DNA from: Candidatus Omnitrophota bacterium | Lineage (GTDB): Bacteria > Omnitrophota > Omnitrophia > Omnitrophales > Aquincolibacteriaceae | Length of the DNA: 64,000 nt | Direction of reading: 5' to 3' | Assembly: GCA_030698625.1 (NCBI GenBank) | Contig: JAUYMS010000024.1 | Span: 482-64,481, forward strand | Shown: piece after piece, positions 8,699 through 20,600 of the stretch | Layout of the letters: each line of letters opens with the position of its first letter | Numbering within the stretch: position 1 is the first letter of the stretch | Position numbers and translations under genes: made by a program | Notes under the pieces: model-generated | Told to the model about the DNA's origin: nothing | The model's database searches: none | The model's input: only the letters and a program-made list of their open reading frames with translations

Positions 8699-11600
8699 TT
8701 ACGCCGAAGCCGCGATCTCGCGATGGGACGCAGCCATAAGCTGCAAGAGGGTTGTCAATATGGTGATTCCTGTGGAAACATCATATTGAACGGAGCCGGC
8801 ATACCTCTCCAGTGCCTTATCAAGAGCTTGAGCCGTTATCTCCGCAGTTTCAGTCGTGCTGAGAAACTGCGCTAGCGGAGGAACTAACGACATACTAAAG
8901 GCAAGAGGTACACCGTTGCTGCGCACGATACGCTGTCTCGGCACTGATCTACTCAGAGCCAGCCACCTATCATGGGGAAAGAAAATCCCGTATGCGTCCG
9001 CAAACTTCTGGTTACCAATAACACGTTGATCGAGCTGCTTGGTAAGCTCAACCCATTGTGAATCTGTCCCGTCTACCCAATACAAAGAATCTCTAACTAA
9101 GTTCTGAGCCGCGGCCTTCTGTTTTGACAGCGCACTCAGGAAATCACCCTTCTGCTTCTTCTCCTTATCAGAAAAAACAATATGAAACTGAAAATCCTTA
9201 ACATCTAAATTCGGTTGGCTGTCCACCGCTTCGTAGACGCGCGCGACAAAAGAGAGTAATTGCTCCTTGATTTCCGGCGAATAAAAGATGATGGGAGTTA
9301 GCTGCTTGACTTCCTGGCGCTGAATCGCATCGACTAAGCGGTCCAGCGAAGCACGAAACTCCTCCCGGGCAATTTGATTAAACTGCTGGGGGCTGAAGCG
9401 GTGCTCCTTTAGAACTGTTCCGGCGTACGCGTATGCCTCGCGGGTAGATCCGGAGAACTGCTGAGCGGCAGCTGTGCGAACAAAGAGGTGATCAAAAATC
9501 AAAAGCCGATAAGAGGCGCGGAGGCCGTCTGCGAAACCCGCCACTCCGGTATCAGAATTGGCGACGTTCTCTACGGTAAGCGCTGAGGTGCGTGCAATGA
9601 CGACGGGGCTCGGCGAAACAATCCCGGCAGCAACTTCTGCAATGGCCCTCAACTCGGAACGCTGATCTCCTGCCTTAGGCGCTGGCTTCGCTATCGTCAG
9701 GGTGTTTTCAGCTTCCTCATCTAACGGATTGCGTATGATCTGAAGCAACATCGTTCCTGGTTCACCCGCCTTTTCAACGACGGCAAAGGCAGTATGCGCC
9801 TCAATCGTCTCATTTCCGTCCGTAACCTGAGGAATAATGAGTCCGTCACTGGGCTTTGAAATATCGATAATGGCCACGGGATGATTGTTTTCGTCGTCGA
9901 TAATGTAGTCAAAGATCGGAGTCATGTGCCCGGAATCTGCGACGCCGGTAGGTCCCACGATGTCCGCAATTTCCCGCCTGACCTGGAATACCGCCGCTAA
10001 ACTCCTTCCGGGAAGTTTTCGTACGATGAGGGCCGGGCCTTTCGCCTCCCGACCTCCGATTAGAAGCAATCCATGCGCCGGTAGCCCGTCAGCCGCTATC
10101 TTGGGCCATATTTTCGTCTGCCCACCCTTACCGCGACCACCCAACCGCGTTATTCCATATCTTTTGTCTGCACCCCTACGATAGGCGCCATTCCACTCCG
10201 GAAAACGAATACTTGTGACATCTTCTTGGGTTTCTATGGCTTCCCAATTTAAATCCCACGGCTCTTCCACAGAGTCCGGAGTCATTCCCGGCTTAAGCCG
10301 ACCAAGCCACGTCCGTTCACCGGCCTCATCCACATGGATGATCGTAATCGATGTCTCCTCGGCATCGCCCTCAAGATCCATTTCCTCGTCAAATTCAGTA
10401 TCGATATGTCCCGCGCTTAAGCGGTTCGGAAACTTTTTGCCGTGGCGGCCGATGAAGAGCTCAATCGCGCGCGTCTGATCCGCCGCAAACTCGTCTTGAA
10501 TTTCGTCCCCAAGTTTTTCGCTGAGATACTCACGGATGCGTCGAACAACGCTCGAATCCAGAGAGCCTCCGAGCGCTATCGCTTTACGCGAAGCCCGGTA
10601 CTTCCCGAGAAAATCTCGATTCTCTTTTCGTGTGCCGCCCGCGCTGTGTTGAAAATTCAATATGCGCCCTTCCAATAGCGGAAGTGCCTTGGGGTCCGCA
10701 AGCTCCCAAAGAAATTTCACGAGGTGTGCATAAACCTTCTGATTTACAAGCGTGGTAGCGATTTCAAGATAGCGGCCCGACTCCTTAAGGCCGGCAAAGC
10801 GTTGCTGCAGCCTGTCCAAGCCGACAAACGCAAGCTCCAAGCGATTTTCATCGCTCAGGCCTTTAATTTCGGAGACGAGAGCATCCAAATGGGCATGAAG
10901 TCTGAGCTGTAAGAGTGTGGTAATATCGGCGGGCGCCAAGCCTGAGTCTTGCACGAGGTGCGCATTCACCCAAATGGTCTTATTATCCTCATCCACGATG
11001 ATGTCCGAGGAAAAGTGCTGCATTCCTTCCTGAATCATGACGAATGTATAGCCCTTTCCATCACTGAAGTTGGCGGGATTTTTGAGTAACTGCATCAAAT
11101 CATGATCGTCGGTGATATCGTCGGGAACCGGTTCGGGTTGAGGCAGAACTTGGGGACGGCCACCTCGGGGCTGTCCGCCTGTGGCTGCTGGTTCTTCGAC
11201 GATGACACGGCGGCCTTCATTATTCATATCAGAAAGTGTCCGCCGCAAGAGGTCAATCACTTCAACGTCAAGCTCATTGGCAAATGGATCCCATTCTGGA
11301 TTATCTCCGAAGCGCACATTCAGGATTTCGCCCAGAACGCTTTCAAGATAGGCTGCTTCGGGATTCAAGTCGATCATCTGATGAATTTTACCGGTAATTT
11401 GGGGCACCGCACCTATGTCCGGATGGGCTGTCGAAATGAGCCCTTTAAGCTCCCCTTTTAGTCTCAGGAGCTGCACCTCTTCCGAACGTAATTCCACCGC
11501 ACGCCTATTGATGCGCGTAACCCTATCTTCAATCCAGGCGTTCAGGCTGCTCGTCGGGTCTCCCTGATCCCCATCATCGGTGGGCGGATGAATGTGTATC

Positions 11601-14600
11601 ACGTCCGCACCGCTTCGTGTCAGGCTATGGCGTCTGCCGCTTCGTATCTCATAGCCATCCCAGGGGAGCCTGCTTAATCTTTCCGGACTAAGGTCGACGT
11701 CAACATTCGTCCTCTTTGCCAGCACGAATGAACTCTGCGTCAGAACCTTACGCAATCTGGCCGGAATACCCTCTAGGTTGAGCGTGCCGAATCCGTTATG
11801 AACGACGGTCATTCCGTAGTTCTCCTCAAGAAAAGTTCTCGCCGCTTCGGTCATGTCACCGTTGTGAAGAAAGAGCAACACATAACCATCCTTCTTCGTA
11901 TGCTGCACGAGTTGTTTCAACATATAATTGCGCTGGCCTACGTAGAGTTTCGGAATGTCCGCTTCCGTAATTCCTGCGGGAATACGGTCGAGTACCATAT
12001 TCAGTAAGCTCCTCTCCGCCCTCGGCAGGGCTTCCGGCACGCGAGCTCTGTGCTCTCCCCGCAAACGCCTGCGGATAATATCCTCCAGAATTCTGCGCTG
12101 TTCCGGCGTTAGATCCGGAGGAATGATCGGTTGACCATAATGCCAAAGTTCGGAACCTATGGTCAACTGCGCCACTTCGGGCTCCAAATCATCCAAGACG
12201 AGGTTCTTATTTATGTAATCAACGTTCGTAACACCCCGGTTATCCAAGTTCTTGTGCGCTAAATCCAGCATAGCTTGGGAGAAATCCACTAGGTTATAGT
12301 GCAGGTCATTGATCTTGAAATCACCCGTCGGTGAAAGATTTGCCATGATACGACGAACCTCGTACCAGCCGAGAAGATCTGTGGCCGGTCCTGAGGGCAG
12401 AAAGCTAACCGTATCCCCCTTCGACAATTCAATCTGTCCGGTCGTCTGTAGTTCTACAAGGTAACGCAAAAACATCTGCCCCAAAGGATACGCAGCCAGC
12501 CGCGTAATTTTTTCGGAATATTCTTTGGCAAAGCGGTCCCACATGTCGCGTACGGTATTCCAGTCACCCGTCCGCATTGCCACTGAGTAAATGCGTTCTA
12601 AGTTTGCGAGTAATCGTAACATTTTGTCGCGCTCGCGCGACGCGTCTTGAATCGCTTGATAACTGCTGACTTCAAGTTGCTCGTCATCCACAAATCCGTC
12701 CAGGGCCTGAAGCAACATGTCGCGTTTCGTACCCACAAGAGGAATTGCGCGGGTCGCTTCCCATGTATTCGGCGCATAATACTGACGAATGTGAATTTCG
12801 TCGGCGGACTGACCACGCCGGTAAATGCGCGAGATCACCTGCTCACGTCTTGCATCGGTTAGCGGAGAGTCAACGATGTAAATTGCATCAGTGGGCTTCT
12901 CCTCGGAGCCGACGACGTCGAAACCTTCCCCGCCGGAGCCCGCCATCGCTAGAAGTATCTCCTTATCCGGAGAATCATGATCCGTGTGTCGATTAAAGTT
13001 TTCGATGGTAGCATACCGAAGCGGTCCCGTGACCGGTTCGTTGTGGTCAGGCTTCTGTAGTGTTGCGATAAATTCCTGTCCGAGGCGCCGTTGCACCATG
13101 CGGCGAATACGTGCCATGGGCTTCGGAAATGTGGCTGTATTGTAGTCCGCATGCATGACAATAGCCCGGAAGTCACGCAGGGCTTGTTCCTGACTGACCG
13201 GTTTCGTTGCGACAATCCTGCGGCCGATAACGCTTTCGAGATAGGGCTGCGCCTTGTGTTCAACTCTCCGGACGAGGTCATCCTCGGCAACTAAATCCTT
13301 GCTTATCGATTGAATAACACGCTGAATTGAAGCGACGGGAATACCGAGTTCGCTAACATCCGATACTTCCGAACGACCCGCCAGGACGCGCTGCAGTCTC
13401 AGGACCTCCGCCTGTCCGCGTTTCTGGGCCACCAATTCATGAATACGCCGCAAGATGGCGTGAAAATTACTAACGGCAAAGACTTTACTGTCAGGATGAG
13501 TACTACGGTGGTTAATAAGATCAGTAGCCACCGCGTCGAGGCGCGCAGGCGAAGTAAAGGCATAGGGGAAATTGGGATTCGTCGAGGGATCCCCATAGGG
13601 ATTGGGGGGCCCCCAGGATTGCCTGTCATGAGTCAACTCCCTTATGGCTTCGGCAATAATTCTGTCGATACTTTCTTGAACACGAGGATTGATCTCGAGT
13701 TGATCCTGAAGCGATGGCAGTGCTTCCTCCAGACGCAGCAGTACAGCCTCAAGCGTCGCAGGATCAATTCCTAACGCATCCAAATCCAAGCTTCCTAACT
13801 GAAGTCGGGTAATTTTTCCAACGCGTTGCTGGTTATCCGCCGTATTCAGGAGGTCCCTGTCGAGATATTCATAAACTGCCTGCTGAAGGTTATCACCGGC
13901 CGGTGTCAAACGTTGTTCGAGACTCACTTCTACGAACTCGGTATCGAGACGCTCGGGCAAATTATCGCCCAGGACCTGTTCGCGCGACCTCCGGATAATA
14001 ATACCACGCCTGCGCAAATCAAGATTTAGAGCGACGCGCCCCGCAACACCTTGATAACGCCGACCGAACCCGCGTTGGGAGGCGGCCAGATTCGAAGCGC
14101 CGTTCAGCTGCTCGGGGTATTCCTCCGGGTCCAGCAGATGCAGCAAAGGATAAAGATCACCGACGGAGTTTACTAGCAATGTCCCCGACAAAAGCAGGAT
14201 ACGCTGTTCAGGGCGCGTACTGCGCATTGAGATCAGTGTTTTTGTCTCCGAATTCGTCGCATTCTTAAAGCGGTGGGCCTCGTCAACGATAATGAGATCG
14301 GGTCCCTGATCAGCCCCGCCCCAGTTCCTGAGCTCTTCGGCCAGAACGTCCTTTTGCTGACGCGTATCCCCGTCCCATTGAATATCTTGACCCGTCGCCA
14401 AAAAATTGTAATTGATCATAACAAAGCGCGCCCTGTTTTTGGCGTAAAGCAATCTCTGCATGCGCGTCGAGTTGCCGTAAGCACCTGAATAATCGGCATC
14501 GATAATCACATAGAGATCCTTTTTCGGACGCTCTCCCTCGGGAAGCTCCTGTAGCCCATCAGCAATTCGTCTCTCGCGGTTCCAATCCTCCTCAGTCATA

Positions 14601-17600
14601 CTGTTCCAATCAACCGCACTCAGATCAAGCCTTTCGGTGTTCGGTAACCATGACTGGATATGCTTTTCTTCCCAATTGTTGAGCACGCCATTGGCGGCAA
14701 TTAGGAGAACGCGTTGGTTACGTTGATTTTCCGATGCCGTCTTCAAGGCCTGCTGCATCATAATATCTTTAGCAACCTGCGCAACGCCGAGCGCTTGCAC
14801 CGATTTACCGAGACCCGGCTCATCGCCGATGAATCCCCGCAGGGTCCTTACTCCAAAGTCAATTCCCTCATGCTGATAGAGCTCTAACTCCTGCTTGATA
14901 CTCGTGCCGGGCTTTACTGCGTTGACATGACTTTGGTACTTGGCTTGTTTGAGATCGTTATAATGCCGTCTTAATTCTGTGTAGACAGTGACATTGGCTT
15001 CGGCTTTTGCCAAACGCAACTGAAGCGCTCCGTCCTCCGAAGCAGTTTGTTCGCGACGAACGGCATCAACTTCAGTCTGCCACTGCGCGCGTCCCGCCTC
15101 GGCCCATTCGATAGCGATCTCCATCGCCTGTTCGGCCGGCGTCCCGCCCTTGCCATTGGCTTCGTCGGCGGCCGCTGCCATCAAATCATTCGCAATCCTC
15201 TCTCTTATCTGTGCAAGTAGAATATTCTTTGTACTGTCATTCTGAAAAAAGAGGTAAAAATCATTCTCCAGATGTTCAATCCGGCCACGGCTGTACGATG
15301 TCGGTTTCCGACTCTTCCTGCCGTTAAGTTGCTGACGGAATTTTTCGGTTAGAAGTTGCATCAGTTGATCTTCGGCCATCTGCGGATTGGCTGCCGACAG
15401 CAAAAACCAGAACCCTGCGCGGTCGGTCTCGAAGAGATCGAGCCATTCATCCATATTAATGGTACGCGTCAGTTGCCGGAAGAGATCGCGGTTGGTCTCG
15501 TCGACTGTTTTTTCCAGACGTCTCTGCCTCTCAATCGCGCCAAAACCCTCGTATTGCCTAAAGCCCGTATCGTGTAGGAGCAATTGCACCGCCGTCTCAT
15601 AAATGCGGTCGGGACCCGCTGCGGCGGATACGTAATCTCGATTGACAACTTCTGCCTCGTACACCGCAATGAGAGACTCCAGGTTCTGATCCCCCAGGAT
15701 CGGCTGCTTAAAATTGCTTCGGTTCCGGAGAAGACCGTCCATGTCGGTGTCAGCTTGAGACATGAGATAGAGCAAGAGCGTACGTATCGCGTCGCGACTG
15801 ATGATCCTCTCATCCTGCCACGGGGCTTCGGCAAGATTGGAGAGCCACCTCTGACTGGGATCAAGCAGCTGTGTCCGCAACTCGGAGCGAGCCGGTAAAT
15901 TCCTGAACACCCGGCTCAGTTGTTCGCGAGTTAGGGCATCATCACCGGCCAGCTTAGCGATGCCGGATACAAGCCTCCTCTTACCAGAGACATACTTTGC
16001 CAATTCTGCTGCCGCAACACCGCCGATCCTTCTGTTGACACCACGTTCACCGGGCTTCCCCTTTTCCCAGTAACCAACCGTTCCTGACTGCACGGGTCCG
16101 CCGAGCGCCGCATAGATCACGGCTTCATGAAGTTCGGAATTGCTCAGATTAAGTGCGCGCGCAACTAAGAAAGCATTATCTAAGAAGTTACTTCTCAACT
16201 TACCTGCAACGACTGGCGTAATGTTGCCGTGAGGAAAGTTTGCCCTTTTAATAGCGGCTTCGACGGCGGCTTCAAGGGCTTGGTTGGCTTCATGAAAGAT
16301 CGGTTCCATTTGGATCAAACTAAGATTGGGTACCCCAAGAATACGCGCCACCGCTGCGGCATCCGTAACTTCATTTCTCGGCAATGCTGTTCCTAAGAGG
16401 AATTGTGCTAACTTCGCCGCGTCCTCCCAGGTAATGGTCGCAATAGGGTTACTGCTCCACCAGCGTCGTGCTTTCGCCACGGGGAGGCCCACAGCTCGGG
16501 CGATATCCTCAACGCCCAGTCCAAACTCCCTCGCTACCGCTTGCGTATTGGCCAGAAAATGGCGATTCGCCCGTATCGTATCGACATCTTCCCTCACCAA
16601 GCGGTGAGAGCCTCGCCTGTAAAGCCATCGTCCGGGCGGCGTGATAACTTCTCGCAAGCGCCTTTCGGCCGCAATGTCCCCGTCGGTCGGCTCGTCCCTG
16701 CGTGCCAAAGCCGAAGGTGCCGGCTCGGGAGCCTCTCCAAAACTCGCATAGATCTCTCTGAGTTGCGCCGTCCCGATTGACGTGTCACCGTATATCTTGG
16801 CTACCGCGCGGACACCATTCGCTTCCCCTGTGACGTATTTAGCGAGTTCCGAGACGAAACCCCACGCCGCAACAGGATCTTCATGCGTGCCGTCCCTGCG
16901 GTCCAATCCGTTTGCCCAGTAGTAGGACGAGGTCGTACGAAGCGCCTGATTGATCTCTCCGTGCGTAATACTCAGCACCGGCGTCACGCGATAGATATTC
17001 CCAAGGACACGCTGTTTAAAACGTTCTGCGGATGCAACCGTAATATTGCCGGGATTGAACTGGGCCGCCGGCAAAGGCGTCGCTTTATCCCGCACGGCTT
17101 GGTCAACTTCCTTTTGAGCATCTGTAAAGACTGCCGCAAGCTGGCGCACACTCAATCGCCGGATACCGACGAGCCTTGCCACCGCTGCCCGGTCATCGTA
17201 AGCGGCTTCATCCTCGAGGAGGTACTTGGCAAGCTTGACCGCATCGTCCCAGGAAATCGTGACATGTTCGTTTCCTTCATAAGTCCACCAGCGCGTGATT
17301 TTCCCGAAAGCTATGCCTGTCTCGGCCGCAATGTCGCGGCTCGCCTGCGTGACTTCGTCTTCGCCCCAGAGGGCTTTAACAACCGCAAGCGCATTGCGAA
17401 TAAAATGGCGGTTAGCGCGCTTCTTATCTATGGAAGCGACGGTATATTGGTCCAGCCATGCCTTCGGATTCTCAATTGTGCGGTTCAGATCGACCCCTGC
17501 GCGCAATTCCGAACGCTCACCAAAATCCGAGAACACCTGTTCAAACTCCGCACGGCCAAGGCTACTGTGCCCTGCGAGTGTGGCTACGGCGCGAATCTGT

Positions 17601-20600
17601 TGCTTGCTTGCCGAGACATACTGTGCGAGCTCGGCTATATAAGCCCAGCTTATGCTCGGATATTCCCACTCGCCATCCTTGCCCGGCTTACCTTTCTGCC
17701 AGTAATTTGCCGTCGTCGTATCCAAGGCTTCGTTTATTTCAGGATTTGTGATACCCAACTGCGGGGTGACACGGAACACGTTCTGCAGCGCGTGCAGTTT
17801 TAAACGGCGGGCATCTCCGTTCTCGACATTACTGGCATCAAAGAGAGAGTACGGCAGGTCGAGGGTTTGCTCGGCCACAATGGTCTTGATCGCATCTCTG
17901 GCACCGTCGAAGATGGGCGCCATTTGGATGAGGCTCAGGTTCGGTGCCCCGATCATGCGCGCCACAGCAGCCGCATCCGTATAATTCTTTTCGATACGAA
18001 GCAGATAGCGGGCAAGCTTTGCAGCATCCTCCCAGTTAATGGTCGCTATGGGGTTGTTCCACCAGCGGCGGACTGTCGCCACATGCACGCCCACAACATC
18101 GGCGATTTCCTGATCGTCGATCTCCAGGTTGTCGGCAACGCGACCTGCATTTTCAAGAAAATGTTGATTCGTCTTGATCGTGTCGGCATCCTGCTTGACA
18201 AGACGATTCGATCCTTTTCGGAATAAGCCACGGGCCGGCTCACGAATCCCGCTGACCTGGGCCACATCCCCCTTGGGCAATCTTTCTCTCGCCCGCCTGA
18301 AGATGGCCGCGATCTGGGCACGAGAGAGTGATGTGTCCCCGAATAGATAAGCCAGCGAACGGTAATAGCTGGTCGCCTCTGGATACCCGGTCAGAGCCAA
18401 CTTGGCCAGTTCTCGGGCATATTCGAGGTCAATACTGCGATAGACAGTACCTTTCTTACCCTTCTTCCAGTAATCCACTGTCCCCGTGCTTCCGGCGCCG
18501 GTGGTCTGACGTATTTCTTCATAGCTGTAATGATTCCCGATCATCCAAAAGGCGTTATCCAAAAAGAGATTCCGTGCCGTTTTGGCTTGTTCGATCGTAA
18601 GATTATCAAGATCAACGACTTCCCCACGCTTCGCGAAGTAATTTTGTAAGGTAGTCGGCTGTTTGACGAGATCCCCGTCTTCGGCCTGGGTCCTGAGCTC
18701 TGAGCGCGTAGGAAAAGCCGCAAACACTTCGCTTAATTCCGCATGCGTCAGGTTCTCGTCGCCGGTCAGAGTGGCGGTTGCCGACACAGCCAGCTTCTTT
18801 CCGGTAATATACTTTGCCAACTGAGCTGCATAGGGCCCGCGAATCGTTCGCTTGGCACCTTTCTCACCGGGTTTGCCATTTTCCCAGTAACCTACTGTTC
18901 CTGATTGGGCCGGTCCGCCCATGGCGATATGGATCACGGCTTCATGGATTTCGGCGTTACTCATGTTCAGTGCCCGCGCTGCGAGAAAGGCATTGTCGAG
19001 AAAGTTACTTTTCAGCTTTCCGGCTGCAGTCGGCGTCAGAGGATCCCGCTTAAAGTTAACGGGTTTAACAGTATCGGCGATAATCTGATTAATGACCTTA
19101 TTGGCTTCGTGAAAGATGGGTTTCAGCTGAATCAAACTCAGACGCAGCGCACCGAAGATTCTTGCAACCGCTTGCGCGTCGGTGAAGTCGCCCGATTCGT
19201 CACGCAAAAGCCGTTGAGCCAATTTTGCGGCATCCGCCCATGTAATCGTGGCAATCGGATTGGCCCACCAACGGCGAACCGTCGCAACGTGAACACCGAC
19301 GAGATCGGCAATTTCCTGATTATCAATTTCGAGGGCTTGAACAAGCGCATAGGTATTGGCAATAAAATGGCGATTGACCTCGACTTTTCTATCACCGATA
19401 TCTTCCGCGAGAATCCGTTTCGAACCAGGTCTGAAAAATTCATCAGCTGGTCTTTCTATAAGTCTATTGATATTGACTGGCCCATCGGCGGCGGGCGGTG
19501 CCGGTCTCGATTTAGCAGGCGATTTCACGACCGCGGGCTGCCGTGTCTGCGGCGTAGGCATTTGGTCGTCACGCGGAAAATCACGCCATATCCGGCTCAA
19601 CACATTTGCATCAATCGTGTCATCGCCCGCCATTTTGGCAACGGCTACGACCGGGTCCACTTCAGCGGAGACATATTTCGCGAGCTCGGAAGCAAAACCC
19701 CAGGCAATGACAGGGTCCTCATGGGTGCCGCCCGGGCGGTCCAATCCGTTCTGCCAATAATAGGCAGACGTGGTATTGAGCGCATTATTAATTTCATAGT
19801 GCGTCACCTTTAAGGCGGGAGTCATTCTGTAAATATTGCTGTAGACATGCTGTTTGAAGCGCTCCGCCAATTCCGGCGTAATCTCATTGCGGTCAAAATC
19901 AATGCCGCTAAGGGGCTGCACTAATTCTTGGGCAACCTCATCAATAACGTTCTTCACTCCCGTAAAGATGGGCGCTAATTGTCTCAAACTCAGGCCTTTA
20001 TTACTCGCCACGCGCGTCCCGAGAATACGTGACACCGCGGCCGCAGGTTCATAAGCGAATTCGCTTTCCAAGAGGACGAGCGCCAGAATAGCTGCATTGG
20101 CAAAAGTAATAGTCGCGGCGGGATCCGTTCTCCAGAACGACACCGTACTAGGCGTAATTTCTTCGTCAAGCGTTGCAAAACCGTCCACGATATCCACATT
20201 CCGAATGCCTAAGGCATCGGCAACGCGAAACGCATTCTTCAGGAAGTGGCGGTTGGCCTTGTTACCGTCAAGCGTGCCGAGGTCATAGGGCTTGAACCAT
20301 TTGCCCGGTTTCTTGATCACCCTGCTGAGATTGACCGTCTCGACATCTTCGCCCCTGAGTTCCGATCGGGCCCGAAAGCCCGGATACCTTAAAAGAAAGT
20401 CGGGTCTTAAAGATTGCGTGCGGAAGACCGCAAGAATCGTTCCAGCCGGTACGGCTTCGGCAAACTGGTTGGTAGGGCTGCTCAAGATGCGCGCCACTTC
20501 AGCTTCCGTGAGCCTATCCTGCTGATCCAAAATATTGATTCGTTCGATGAAGCGTTCCAGATTCGCGGACCACTTCTCAGTGAAACGCGTGATCAGATCA

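Larger units (their letters stand above)
9647..20368 (-). repeat. RSELR pentapeptide, 5 exact copies in the 4552-aa ORF (20354-20368, 18692-18706, 17501-17515, 15875-15889, 9647-9661)
   Basis: Read directly from the protein and confirmed in frame at DNA level; synonymous codons differ between copies. Confidence 0.95.

Noticed and set aside
198-8875. Many plus-strand ORFs (e.g. 5366-6088, 6539-7324) and short minus ORFs in other frames
   Set aside because: They are antisense or out-of-frame shadows of the giant minus-strand ORF and carry no recognisable motifs.
10885-10990. Zincin-like look (TIWVNAHL...LRLHAHL)
   Set aside because: No HExxH motif; insufficient evidence for a metalloprotease.
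11475-11505. RAVELRSEE as a degenerate RSELR
   Set aside because: Not a match in register and appears to sit within a helix; a cryptic site cannot be supported.
15890-20340. Possible CRISPR or DNA-level repeat array
   Set aside because: The repeats are diverged coding repeats with synonymous changes; there are no identical direct repeats with spacers and no cas genes.
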